This document shows positions 48,465 through 59,038 of a DNA stretch of 64,000 nt, one piece after another. Every line of letters begins with the position of its first letter. Position 1 is the stretch's first letter. The position numbers were made by a program, and so were the translations under genes. The stretch covers positions 303,950 through 367,949 of the forward strand of contig CAVRJJ010000001.1 of NCBI GenBank assembly GCA_963721685.1, read 5' to 3'. The notes under the pieces are model-generated. The model saw only the letters and a list, made by a program, of their open reading frames with translations. It was not told where the DNA came from and ran no database searches. Source of the stretch: an uncultured bacterium (GTDB lineage: Bacteria; Patescibacteriota; Saccharimonadia; UBA4664; SCTI01).

Positions 48465-50018
48465 CTAACCCTCCAACTTTAAACGTTTAACTAACCAATC
48501 CCGGTCGAGGCTTGCTAGGAACCAGCCAGCTTTGGGGCCGTATTCTTTACCTAAGATAACACGATAGAGCGCCGCGAACCCCTCCCGAGGGCCAACTTCC
48601 GCTTTCTCGGCAGCGGCGTAGATGAGCAAATGCATTTCCCGGCCGTTTAGGTCGCCTTCAAAGGTTTGGATTGCGTCGGCTAGCTTTGCGAGAAATGTTT
48701 TTTGGACAGCGCCCAATTCTGCTCGCGGAAGCTTTTCCTGAACACTAAATTTAACCACATCGGGCGCGTAATGCTCCAGCCAGTTATGGACGAACGGCAA
48801 CTCTTGAAGAATAATATCCTTCTCGGTTTTGACAGTATCGCCATAGCCGGTGCGCTCCAGCGTGAGTAAGGTTTGCTCGGGATCACCCTGGGCCGCCTGG
48901 TAGACCTGTACTAAATGCTTAAAGGAAACACTGGATATTACCCGGTCGGTTTTACCGGCCACCGCGAACTCATAGGCGTCCCGGAACGGGTGGGTGGAGT
49001 CGTTCTGAGCCGCCGCGAACTCATCAATGAGGTTGAAGAGGCCTAAGCCTGTAGCAAAAATAAGGAGCTTTTCTGGACGCGAACGAACAATAAAATAGCG
49101 CAAAATTTCAACCGGCATAACCTTAAGCACCTCTTTGGGTGTAATAACATTCCCAGCCGACTTGCTAATTTTTTTAGTTTGACCGGCTTGGTTAATAAAC
49201 TCATACGGGACCGGCATAGGGGCTTGACCGCCAAAAACTTGCTCAACAATCGCCCTTCCGGTGTCATAGGATCCACCTTTTGTGGCGTGATCGCGCCCAA
49301 ATGGCTCAACATTTACGCCCCACATCCACCACCTGGCCGGCCAGTCGATACGCCAGTCCAACTTTACCCTGCCTTCTGCGTAAGAAAGCTCCCCCTCCTT
49401 GCCGTCAAGGGCGCGGTAGGTAACAATTTGCCGTTCTGTATCGTGCCCGCTATAAATCCATTCGTTAAGACGACCGGAATCACTGAGCAGCTGAACCGGT
49501 CCCCAGTCGGCCGACAACTTGCGATGACTAACGGTTTCAATAATCTCGCGGATTTCTTGTGTTTGCTTAAGGACTTTCTCGATAGCGGCGGTGTAACGAT
49601 GTTCTTTCCCGTAGGTGGTAGATGCGCGATATGATTCATCAGGCTCAAAACCGGTTGCTTGCGTGGCCGCGACCAAGTCATTATAAAAATAATCAGCGTA
49701 AGAACTACCGGGCTTAGGACTCTCTGCCAAATAAAGTGGCTTACCCAGTTCCGACTGAATCGTTTCTGGAAGGTCTGCCGGAATCTTACGCAATACATCG
49801 AAATCGTCAACAAAATCAAGATGAGTAGCTTCGCGGCCACGCTCCCGCAGGGCCCACGTTAGGGCGCTAGCAGTGGCAATTTCTCGAATAGTTCCGATGT
49901 GATAAACACCGGAAGGTGAATGTCCACTAGATACCGTAATAGTACCTTCCGGATATTTGGAAACAATATCGTCAGCGGCTAGATCAAGCCAATATTTACT
50001 GCTGGATTCGCTAGTCAT
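48465..50018 (-). CDS. lysK: Lysine--tRNA ligase, class I.
   Basis: HIGH-type motif SGHSPSGVYHIGTIRE and KMSKS-type KISKSAGN. Confidence 0.8.
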   Translation of the reverse strand: MTSESSSKYWLDLAADDIVSKYPEGTITVSSGHSPSGVYHIGTIREIATASALTWALRERGREATHLDFVDDFDVLRKIPADLPETIQSELGKPLYLAESPKPGSSYADYFYNDLVAATQATGFEPDESYRASTTYGKEHRYTAAIEKVLKQTQEIREIIETVSHRKLSADWGPVQLLSDSGRLNEWIYSGHDTERQIVTYRALDGKEGELSYAEGRVKLDWRIDWPARWWMWGVNVEPFGRDHATKGGSYDTGRAIVEQVFGGQAPMPVPYEFINQAGQTKKISKSAGNVITPKEVLKVMPVEILRYFIVRSRPEKLLIFATGLGLFNLIDEFAAAQNDSTHPFRDAYEFAVAGKTDRVISSVSFKHLVQVYQAAQGDPEQTLLTLERTGYGDTVKTEKDIILQELPFVHNWLEHYAPDVVKFSVQEKLPRAELGAVQKTFLAKLADAIQTFEGDLNGREMHLLIYAAAEKAEVGPREGFAALYRVILGKEYGPKAGWFLASLDRDWLVKRLKLEG

Positions 50019-50039
50019 ACCGGGTATTGTACAGCAGTC

Positions 50040-50513
50040 TTATTCGATATGAGAGATTTTGAAGACCATTTCCCCGGAAGGGACTGTGAGCATAATTTCC
50101 TCGCCCTTGCTTTTGCCCATGAGAGCTTGGCCGATGGGCGACTCATTGGATATTTTACCTTCGGTAGGATTTGCTTCAGTTGAACCCACAATGGTATAAA
50201 CCTGTTTACCGTTTTCAATTTCAAGATGGACGGTAGATCCGATGCTGACTTGAGACTTCTTCTTGGGAGCTTCAATAATCACGACGTTTCGCAGGATGTG
50301 TTCTAGCTCGGAGATACGGCCTTCAATAAAAGATTGGTGGTCTTTGGCGGCATCCCATGAGGCGTTTTCGCTGAGGTCGCCAAATTCTTTAGCTTCTTTC
50401 AGCTCTTGAGCTACCTTTAAGCGTTGGTTTTTTACAAGATCCTCCAGCTCGGCCTTAAGCTTTTCCGAGCCTTCTTTGGTAAGATAAAAATCTTTTTTTG
50501 CGGTCGCATCCAT
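50040..50513 (-). CDS. greA: Transcription elongation factor GreA.
   Basis: N-terminal coiled coil with acidic tip, plus the C-terminal FKBP-like domain. Confidence 0.88.
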   Translation of the reverse strand: MDATAKKDFYLTKEGSEKLKAELEDLVKNQRLKVAQELKEAKEFGDLSENASWDAAKDHQSFIEGRISELEHILRNVVIIEAPKKKSQVSIGSTVHLEIENGKQVYTIVGSTEANPTEGKISNESPIGQALMGKSKGEEIMLTVPSGEMVFKISHIE

Positions 50514-50708
50514 TGCAAACCATCCTTTCGCTTCCCACCGCAGCGGGCTGAAAAAAATGCTCGAGCTATCAACCCGAGTCAGCTAAATCTTAGTTTGTTC
50601 GGTAATGAGTTAATAGTAAGTTATGTTTATAGCACGAATCCCATTGTGCACCCGGCGTATACGACGGTCAAGAGTTATTATTGTTAATGCATTTTAACAT
50701 CTACAACG

Positions 50709-52744
50709 CTACTTTACGCAGCCGCCAGGACGGCTGAAACACCACTGCAGTGTTTCGCGGACAGCCGGCGCGGCATATTGGGCGCCTTCGCCAGAATTCT
50801 GGATTAGAACTACCATTTCAATTTGAGGATCATCGTAGGGCGCAAAAGCCGTAAACCACGCGTGTGGCTTACGTTTTCCGTTGGGATCGGTTTCAGCCGT
50901 GCCGGTTTTTGCGGCCACCGCCACTGGCACCGATTCTTCAATTTTGCAGCACGCGGTACCGTAAGGCCGGTTCACCACCTCGCGCATAGCCCGTTTAACA
51001 AGGTTTAAATGGCTGGCCTCAATAAAGTTCTCATCCTGAATTTTTACTTGTGCCGAGCGGGTAACCACACCATTATCGCCAGTCAATTCCTTAAAGAAAT
51101 GCGGCTCGATGACTTTTCCCCCGTTCGCGATCGCGGCCTCAGCAACCGCCATTTGCAGTGGTGAGGCCAGCAAGTCGCCTTGCCCAATCGAAATATTATA
51201 GGTATCACCCACGGTCCAAGGTTCGCCGCTGAACTTTTGTTTCCACTCGGGCGTAGGAATCCGTCCGGCGGTCTTTTCCGGAAGGTCAATGGCGGGCAGC
51301 TTGCCTAAGGCCAAATTTATTGTAGTAGGTGGTTAGCTTGGAGACACCGAGACCGGCAATATTCCCATAACCGCCGCCGACCGTGTAAAAGAAGACATCC
51401 GAACTGACAGCGATGGCTTTTGATAAGTTTACCGCGCCATGCCCGCCCGGATCATACGAACGGTAGGTATATTTAATGGACGGGTCATACTTATTGGTTA
51501 TAACAATTGAACCAGTATCGTTAACGGTGGTATTGGGGCTAATTGCCCGCTCCTGAAGCGCCGCCGAACCAATCAGCGGTTTAATAATCGATCCAACGGG
51601 ATATGCTCCGGCAATGGCTTTGTTGAAAAGTGGTTGCGCGGCATTCTTCACTAGCTTTTGGTAATCTTCCTGCCCAATACCCCGCGCGAACAGGTTGTTA
51701 TCGTACCCCGGCAGGTTAACCACCGCCAATACTTCGCCGTTTTTTGGGTTAAGGGCAACTCCTGAAGCCTGGGACGCGCCGCTGGCCTGCATTTGGGCCT
51801 TAATGGCATCGGTAAGCTTATGCTGCAGCTCCATATCAATAGTTAAGGTTAAATTAGCCCCGGCTTTGGCCGGGCGTGAAGCCAGCAGCTTTATAGGCCG
51901 ACCAGCGGCATCAACTTCGGTCTGTTCAATCCCATTCTGGCCTTTTAGCAAATGCTCATACTGCTTCTCGATCCCCAGTTTTCCAATAAAATCGGTGGAC
52001 TTATAGTTAGGGTCGGCATCAAGGTCAGCCTGGCTCACCCGGCCGGTGTAACCCAGTATGGCCGAAAGCGTATCGTCGTTATACTGGCGGATTGGGTTGG
52101 TATCCAAGCTAAATCCCGGGAGCGAACCTGAGGCCTGGTCAAAGGCTAGCCATCGGTCCCGTTCAACATTACTTGCCACTAGACGCGCCTGAGGGTTCCG
52201 TAAGCAAGCAGCCAGTGCAACTTCAGGCTTTTTACGGCCGGCTATTTCGGCCGCTTGGCACTCTCCTTCTGCCTTAGCCGCTACGTCAGACGCGGGAACC
52301 CCCAGAAAGCCCTCCTACCGTGCTATAGAGCCGCTGCCGGGCCGCAGAATCGGTTTGGGGCAGTAGACTTGGTGTAACGGTAATGTCCACACTGGCTAAG
52401 TTTTCCGCCAAGACTGCTTTGTTACGGTCATAGATTATACCGCGCGGGGCCCGGGTGACCTTTTCGCGCAAGCGGTTGCCGTCCGCCAATCCCAAATTGC
52501 GCTGGCCTTGAACCAGCTGAAGGTGCGCGAGTTGGGCAATCAGAATTAAGGCCCCCAACACAACCAGCACAGCTACTATTACTAGCGGGCGCTTGCTCGT
52601 GGGGGTTTCAATTACACCGGCCGCGGCATCGGCCGGCAATATCGCGTCCGCCCACTGCTCGTGGCCCCCTTGGTCGCGTTTGATAGTAACCCGATCCTTT
52701 TGGGGATGTGCCTCGCCGCCATACCCAAACAACGATTTGCTCAC
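50709..52744 (-). CDS. mrdA: Penicillin-binding protein 2 (elongasome transpeptidase) split into three frame-fragments (52286-52744, 51286-52179, 50709-51314). There are two +1 frameshifts, near 52298-52311 and 51294-51300.
   Basis: Fragments carry the N-terminal TM/pedestal, the middle region (SIIKP = SxxK) and the C-terminus (KTGTAE) in order. The middle fragment's frame is open across the first stop, and the third fragment starts at TTG inside the second. Confidence 0.8.
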
Positions 52745-53244
52745 CGCAGCTCTTCCCGTGCTAGTTTCTGAAGAAGCGGATGCTTGGACTGAATAAGCAA
52801 GCGTAGCCCGTAAACGGCTATAGTCATTACAGAGGTCATGAGGACGTTTACACCTGCACGTTCGGCAATCACCCGGGATACACCGGTTTTGAGCGTTGCC
52901 ACCACCGCCGCATCATACAAAAGGGTAGCAAGTGCTACCAGCGCGAGAGCTGAAATGAATGAGTCGGCCTGCAAGCCTAGCTGCCGCCCGGCAATAATAG
53001 CTAATGAAACAACCACAAAAAAAGCTATCCGCAAGCCAAAATCGCTGCCGCTTGCCATATCAAGAAGGAGCCCGCCGCCAATCGCAGCCGCCAAACTGGA
53101 GGTCGCGGTTCCCCACAAGCTAATCAGAACCACCACTATCACCATGAGGCTAGGCATAACTCCGAAAGGCCGCATCGACCCAAACAGCGATACTTGCAGT
53201 CCAGCGGTGATAATAATAAGCAAAGCCCCCCCCAGGAATTTCAT
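52741..53244 (-). CDS. mreD: Rod shape-determining protein MreD.
   Basis: Small polytopic membrane protein between mreC and mrdA. Confidence 0.65.
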   Translation of the reverse strand: MKFLGGALLIIITAGLQVSLFGSMRPFGVMPSLMVIVVVLISLWGTATSSLAAAIGGGLLLDMASGSDFGLRIAFFVVVSLAIIAGRQLGLQADSFISALALVALATLLYDAAVVATLKTGVSRVIAERAGVNVLMTSVMTIAVYGLRLLIQSKHPLLQKLAREELR

Positions 53245-54047
53245 TCTTGCCTCGCTATGACATATATCACTTCCAGGCGGTTAAACTGTATGTCGGTGGT
53301 AACCTGCGCACTTTGGAAAACACCGTTTGCCTGCTTATCAACGGCTTGGACCCGCCCAACAATTAACCCTTTTTCAATCCCGCCCCCAAGTCCGCTGGTA
53401 ACAATTGTATCTCCGGGCGTAATTGTTTCAGTTTGGGCAATTTTATCCATTATAAGTCCGTTGCCAATTTGGCCGCGAATGGTACCGGTGGGACGGGAGG
53501 AAACATTTTGGTCGAGCGCCGCGACCCGAAAGTTAGGATCAATAATAAGGAATACCTTAGCGGTGCTCGGCCCCACATCTTGCAACCGCCCAATTAATGA
53601 GCCTTGCTGGATGACCGTCATGCCATTTTTTAACCCGTCGCGGCTGCCGCGGCCAATCGTCAAGAACTGGCGGAAGTTGTCCGGCTGGTAGCCAATAACC
53701 TCGGCGGCAATCAGCCGGTCGGGACGGATACTGCCCACCCCAAGCTGCTGCCGCAACTGGTCGTTTTGGGCCTTAATTTCGGTATCCCGGCTAATTTGGC
53801 CGTGCAGGGTTGCGACTTCCGCCCGCAGGCGCTGGTTTTCGTTGCCAAGCTCACGCGCTGAACCAATCACCTGAAGCCACCCTCCAATGTGAGTTCCAGC
53901 CCCGGCTAAACTTCCCTGCAGCGGCTTGAGCGCAGCCCCGGCAATCGAGGTGAGGGGCGATAACAGGCCAATCGCGTTGGCTATCACCAGCACCACCCCT
54001 GCCAGCATCAACCCTAATAACCGTCGGTTAACACTCCGGGTCCGCAT
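53241..54047 (-). CDS. mreC: Rod shape-determining protein MreC.
   Basis: N-terminal TM, coiled coil, and the MreC beta domain. Confidence 0.85.
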   Translation of the reverse strand: MRTRSVNRRLLGLMLAGVVLVIANAIGLLSPLTSIAGAALKPLQGSLAGAGTHIGGWLQVIGSARELGNENQRLRAEVATLHGQISRDTEIKAQNDQLRQQLGVGSIRPDRLIAAEVIGYQPDNFRQFLTIGRGSRDGLKNGMTVIQQGSLIGRLQDVGPSTAKVFLIIDPNFRVAALDQNVSSRPTGTIRGQIGNGLIMDKIAQTETITPGDTIVTSGLGGGIEKGLIVGRVQAVDKQANGVFQSAQVTTDIQFNRLEVIYVIARQE

Positions 54048-55114
54048 TAATACCTCCGGGCGTTGGACTTAGTCTGGTTAGGCAGGAGAATTTCTTTAAG
54101 CGAATCCAAGTCTTCTAAAACCAGCCCTGTCCCTCTGGCCACCGCGGTAAGAGGGTCGGCAGCCACGTGAACCGGCATCCGGCATTCGCGCTGGATGAGG
54201 GTGTCCAAACCTTTAAGCAGCGCTCCTCCTCCGGCTAAGACCATTCCCCGATGCATAATATCGGCTACTAACTCCGGCGGTGTCTCTTCAATCGTTACCT
54301 TGATAGCATCAATAATTTCACGTACGCTCCGGCTCAACGCTTCACGAATCTGGTCAGATGTAACATTAATTTGCTTTGGCAGGCCGGTAACCATGTCGCG
54401 TCCCCGCATTAGCACATTCCGGGGCTGGTCGGTTTGGGCGGTTGGAAACGCCGAGCCAACCGCGATTTTAATCTGCTCCGCGGTACGTTCGCCAATGCTT
54501 AGGCTGAACTCGTCGCGGGCATACTTTACAATATCCTCGCTCAGTTCATCGCCGGCTACCCGGATACTGCGGGCAGCCACAATCCCTCCGAGCGAGATCA
54601 CCGCGACTTCACTGGTTCCGCCGCCAATATCGATTATCATTGAGCCGGCCGCGTCCTGCACCGGCAGGCGTGACCCAATCGCGGCCGCCATCGGTTCTTC
54701 AATTAAAAAGGTTTGGCGGGCGCCCGAGTTACTGGCAGCATCCTCCACGGCCCGGCGTTCTACCTCTGTCACACCAGAAGGGATGCCAATAACTACCCGA
54801 GGCCGCGCCAATAACTTAAAACGCTGCTTGTGTACCTTATTAATGAAATAGCGCAGCATTTGTTCGGTAACTTCGAAGTCACTCACCACCCCATCAACTA
54901 ACGGCCGGGTGGCAACAATGCTAGCTGGGGTTTTACCAACCATGCGTTTGGCCTCTTCGCCAATCGCTAAAATTTGGTTGGTTTTGGTGTTAATCGCCAC
55001 CACGCTGGGCTCATTTATAACAATTCCCTGGCCGCGCACGTACACCAAGGTATTGGCGGTACCTAGATCGATACCGATATCGTGGGAAAACTGTCCCAGC
55101 AACTGATCAAACAC
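54047..55114 (-). CDS. mreB: Rod shape-determining protein MreB (actin homologue).
   Basis: DIGIDLGTANTLVYV phosphate-1 motif and the full actin fold. Confidence 0.92.
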   Translation of the reverse strand: MFDQLLGQFSHDIGIDLGTANTLVYVRGQGIVINEPSVVAINTKTNQILAIGEEAKRMVGKTPASIVATRPLVDGVVSDFEVTEQMLRYFINKVHKQRFKLLARPRVVIGIPSGVTEVERRAVEDAASNSGARQTFLIEEPMAAAIGSRLPVQDAAGSMIIDIGGGTSEVAVISLGGIVAARSIRVAGDELSEDIVKYARDEFSLSIGERTAEQIKIAVGSAFPTAQTDQPRNVLMRGRDMVTGLPKQINVTSDQIREALSRSVREIIDAIKVTIEETPPELVADIMHRGMVLAGGGALLKGLDTLIQRECRMPVHVAADPLTAVARGTGLVLEDLDSLKEILLPNQTKSNARRY

Positions 55115-55425
55115 CTATAACCCTGAGCATTACCATCTTGATCTAGTTTACAGGAGTAGCTGTCCTCCGCCAAGGCCACAATATGTGTTCAGTGCCGCTG
55201 ACGATGGTTATGCCAGATGAGCTGAATAAAGCTTGTGTTCAAAATAATCGCAACGTGGACTGGGCGACTGGAAATTATTGCGGTCGACTCCCGGGCTGAC
55301 TTTAATTTGGAAAAGACGTACAAAATTTACCATAACAAGCCCAAAAAAGATGGTAACTTTTGTACGCAAATCAATATCTATGAGAGTGTACGGAAAATAA
55401 GGGTGGGGTGGCCAGCCCCGGCGCT

Positions 55426-55899
55426 TTAGCGCCGGAGCCAACCGCGGACAGCCTGAACGACAGGGATGATCAACAGCGGCCGCTTCGGAGGCAACAACCA
55501 CAGTTGCCGCTTGAAGTGGCTGGTTGCCGCCCGCTTGTCGCGCCGGATCACGTTGGCCTCCCTCCAAAGGAGGGCAAGGACGGAGAGCGCCCCCAGGTAG
55601 GCCGATAGGAAGTGAGCGAACCGAATACGCCTGCGAAAATGCAGGATGACGCACGCCAGGACGCCAAAGAGTGCTGAGGCAGCAACCTCCCACCACTCAC
55701 CGATCATCTCGATAAGCATGGTCATCAACCCGAACACCGCCCCGAGAAAAAGAGCGACGGCCCTGGAGGGACTCTTGACCAGAGCCAATCCGATCATCGC
55801 CAAGAGCGTCAGAGGGGGCAAGCTGGTCCAGTAGCTCCAACGCCAGTTGATCTGCTCTGGCGTTACCTGACAGCGGACCGAAGGTGACAAAGTAGCCAT
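55426..55899 (-). CDS. Hypothetical polytopic membrane protein encoded on a GC-rich (about 62%) patch.
   Basis: About four predicted TM helices. GC composition is atypical and the surrounding overlapping ORFs look spurious. Confidence 0.35.
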   Translation of the reverse strand: MATLSPSVRCQVTPEQINWRWSYWTSLPPLTLLAMIGLALVKSPSRAVALFLGAVFGLMTMLIEMIGEWWEVAASALFGVLACVILHFRRRIRFAHFLSAYLGALSVLALLWREANVIRRDKRAATSHFKRQLWLLPPKRPLLIIPVVQAVRGWLRR

Positions 55900-55971
55900 G
55901 ACTTGTCCTTCATGTCGAAGTGTTCCCCGGATTAGGGGCTATTCGGTTATATCATAATTGCTTTGTGGCCG

Positions 55972-57210
55972 CTACAGCTGGAGGTTATCGAGCGGCATGA
56001 AGCTGGAATCGGCTTCAGTGCGCTTTTTGAACTCGACCGAGCCTTTTTCAAGTGTTTTGGGGCTAAGCGTTAACCGTATGGGACAACCCATCAGGTCGGC
56101 GTCGGCAAATTTAGCACCGGCCGATTCATCGCGATCATCATAGAGGACTTCGATACCCCGCTTCTGGAGATCGGCATACAGCTTATTGGCGGCAGCCACA
56201 ACCTTTTCGTCAGTACCAATTTGAACTAAGTAAACTTTAGCGGGGGCGATGGCTTCCGGCCACACCATACCCTTTTCGTCAGCATAGCGCTCAACCACCA
56301 CGCCCATCACCCTGGCCGGGCCAATGCCGTAGCTGCCCATCACCACCGGCTTTTGTTTGCCATCCTCATCCTGAAACACCAATCCAAGCGGCTGGCTTTT
56401 GCTGGTCCCCAGGTTGAAAATATTGCCTACCTCGGCGGCTTTGGTTTTTTCCAGTTTTTCTTTATCTAAACCTAAATCAGCAATCAACTTATCACTATAG
56501 ACTTCTTCGTTAATTGCGATTCGCTTATCATGGTCAATATAAACAATATCCTCCCCGGCATCGGTAACGGTTTGAAACTCATGACTGAATTCGGCAAACG
56601 CCCCGCCGGAGGCATAAGTGAGATAGGTCCACTCCCCTAGCCCTAGCCGGTCAAAAATCCTGGTATAGGCCGCCTTGGCCTTTTCATAAAATTCAGCGTG
56701 CTCTTCATCTGACCGGCTAAACGAGTATAGATCCTTCATGATAAATTCCCGAGTGCGCATAATCCCCGATTTTGCCCTGGTTTCATTGCGCAGTTTGGTT
56801 TGGAACTGATAAGCGTAGGCGGGTAAATCACGGTAGCTGGAAATATGCTCGCGCATCAGTTCAGTTAGCGGTTCTTCATGGCTCCAGGCCAGGCCCACAT
56901 CAGTGCCGTTCTTTAATTGGGACTTAAACCACACGTCAACTTGTGCGTCATCCCACCGGTTGGTGCGCTCCCACAGTTCTTTGCGCTGCAAGCTGCTCAT
57001 CGTTAGTTCTTGTCCGCCCAGCGCATTAATCTCTTCACGGATAATACCAATAATTTTATTCAGTACCCGCAATCCCAGCGGCAGAAAAACATACACTCCG
57101 GCTGAATCTTTATGGATAAATCCGGCGCGGATCAGCAGCTGCGCGTTGGTGGCAGCTTCGTCCTTAGGGGCATCGCGGCGGGTTTTTGTGAAAAGTTTTG
57201 ATAGTCGCAT
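55972..57210 (-). CDS. proS: Proline--tRNA ligase (archaeal/eukaryote-like short type).
   Basis: Class II motifs with the ProRS C-terminal Zn-binding-like domain; true start is the ATG at 57210 (MRLSKLF...). Confidence 0.85.
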   Translation of the reverse strand: MRLSKLFTKTRRDAPKDEAATNAQLLIRAGFIHKDSAGVYVFLPLGLRVLNKIIGIIREEINALGGQELTMSSLQRKELWERTNRWDDAQVDVWFKSQLKNGTDVGLAWSHEEPLTELMREHISSYRDLPAYAYQFQTKLRNETRAKSGIMRTREFIMKDLYSFSRSDEEHAEFYEKAKAAYTRIFDRLGLGEWTYLTYASGGAFAEFSHEFQTVTDAGEDIVYIDHDKRIAINEEVYSDKLIADLGLDKEKLEKTKAAEVGNIFNLGTSKSQPLGLVFQDEDGKQKPVVMGSYGIGPARVMGVVVERYADEKGMVWPEAIAPAKVYLVQIGTDEKVVAAANKLYADLQKRGIEVLYDDRDESAGAKFADADLMGCPIRLTLSPKTLEKGSVEFKKRTEADSSFMPLDNLQL

Positions 57211-57211
57211 G

Positions 57212-57932
57212 TTACTTTTGGTTAAGTGCCATGTAGGCAAGATAGTTATTAAGCATATGAATGCCGATGCCAGGGATGGTTGAACCCAACCGGACATACA
57301 AAAAACATAATAGCAGCCCAAGGATGAAGGTGTACACGCTTACATTTAATTGCAGGTGCGCCACCGCGAACAATAAACTTGAAACGACGGCGCCGAGCAC
57401 CACCCCAAAGCGCTTGGCAAAAGCCGGAAACATAAAGCCGCGAAAGACAATCTCTTCGATAATAGGAGGAATAATGACCAGCGCCCACAAGCTAAGCAGG
57501 GAAGGGACTTTTTGTAAACTCATTGGTTTGGGGTTCTGCCGGATCAAATGCCGGATAGATCAGTTTTACCAGTATATCGGCGGCGAAAACCAACAATCCA
57601 AAACTTATAAATAGTAAAAACACATATAAAAGCGCCTTTGCAATTGAAAATGACTTAAGCCCCAGCGCCGAGACGCCCACCTTATATTTGCGCATAAAAT
57701 AGCCAATGATCACCAGCGAACCTACCACATCTACCACCACAAGCGCAAAGGCGGCGAAAGGGCTACCAGCATCAAGCGCATTCAGGAACGTGTTAAGACC
57801 AGGGAAATAGATTGAGGCCGCTCCTATGCCAACCAGCAACAGGACGGGCAACAGCACCCAGGGCACAATAAAGAGGAGCAGCGCCTGGCCCAACGTCCAT
57901 GGAGCTGATCGTATCGCGGCCGAATACGACAC
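57212..57932 (-). CDS. CPBP-family (CAAX) intramembrane metalloprotease in two frame-fragments; +1 frameshift near 57505-57515 (A5 run).
   Basis: The N-fragment holds TM helices. The C-fragment carries EExxxR (IIEEIVFRG) and FxxxH (FAVAHL) motifs, and the fragments overlap by 56 nt. Confidence 0.7.
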
Positions 57933-57933
57933 G

Positions 57934-59013
57934 CTAGCCTAGCCGCCGGATATCGAAAAAGGTAATAACTACCATTAAAAGGATAAGCGCGGCAAAACCG
58001 GCCGCGTGGACCATATTTTCTGTCCTTTGATTAAGTGATTTTCCCGTAAGGCGCTGCACTGCCACCATCGCAAACCGCCCGCCATCCAGCGCTGGCAACG
58101 GAAGAACATTAATGACCGCCAATGAAATTGAGATTGATGCCACGAACAGCAAAACATACGGCACCCCAAGATCGACAATATTTGATAGCAACGCCACAAT
58201 CCCAACCGGACCGGCAACATTGTCGCTTACCTGTCCGCTGGTAAACAGCCCCGCGATCAATCCGGTAAACGCCAGGAATGTAGCGGCGATCAGCTGGAGT
58301 GTTATGCCGCCCGCGGTTATCACGGCGTTAAGGGGGTCATATCGCAATTTATAGGTTTGAAACGGTGTCACTCCCAAAAACCCACTCTTAACGCTGGGCG
58401 GGCGCAGCGTCGGTGCAATCACCTTTGTGGCACCATCATGTGAAATTTTAAGCTCTACGGTCTTTCCGGCGTTTGCCTTGGTAAAACGTTGCAGCTCAAC
58501 TTCGCTCGCGAGCGCTTTCCCGTTGCCGCTTAGAATAAAGTCGCCGCGTTCAAGTCCAGCTTTAGCGGCCGGCGATGCAGGATCAACGGAAACCGCCATT
58601 AATTGTTTGGGTTGAGCATAGGTAGGGTTTCCAGCGCTAAACTGGCCTTTAATAACGGGTGGGAGGCCGGTTAAACAAAGCCACACCATGACCACAAATG
58701 CCAATAAGGCATTCATGGTTACACCCGCTAGCAATATTTTAGTCTTAGCCAGAAAGCTGGCGGCGGCAAAACTTCCCGGCTTATCGCCCTGGACGGATTC
58801 ATCCTTCATTTTAACAAAGCCGCCCAACGGAATCAGGTTAATGGAATATAGTGTTGGGCCGCGCTTTACTCCAAATAGCCGCGGCGGAAAACCAAAACCA
58901 AACTCTTCAACGTCCACTTTATTCCGCCGAGCCATTATAAAGTGGCCAAGCTCGTGCACAAACACCAAAATACCAAAGATTAAAACAACAAGGAGGATAA
59001 TGCCTATGGTCAT
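57934..59013 (-). CDS. rseP: RIP zinc metalloprotease RseP (site-2 protease).
   Basis: HELGHF (HExxH), a PDZ domain, and the C-terminal LDG motif. Confidence 0.88.
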   Translation of the reverse strand: MTIGIILLVVLIFGILVFVHELGHFIMARRNKVDVEEFGFGFPPRLFGVKRGPTLYSINLIPLGGFVKMKDESVQGDKPGSFAAASFLAKTKILLAGVTMNALLAFVVMVWLCLTGLPPVIKGQFSAGNPTYAQPKQLMAVSVDPASPAAKAGLERGDFILSGNGKALASEVELQRFTKANAGKTVELKISHDGATKVIAPTLRPPSVKSGFLGVTPFQTYKLRYDPLNAVITAGGITLQLIAATFLAFTGLIAGLFTSGQVSDNVAGPVGIVALLSNIVDLGVPYVLLFVASISISLAVINVLPLPALDGGRFAMVAVQRLTGKSLNQRTENMVHAAGFAALILLMVVITFFDIRRLG

Positions 59014-59038
59014 AGGATTATTGTACTATACCGGATGG

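Noticed and set aside
55208-55696. A 162-aa ORF on GC-rich patch 3.
   Set aside because: It overlaps the more plausible membrane-protein ORF 55426..55899, has composition-driven Pro/Arg/Gly content and no start context.
27565-57932. Alternative genetic code (stop-codon reassignment) as an explanation for the split genes.
   Set aside because: The junctions are frame changes, not in-frame stops. Both RF1 (PAT) and RF2 (SPF) are encoded, consistent with the standard code.
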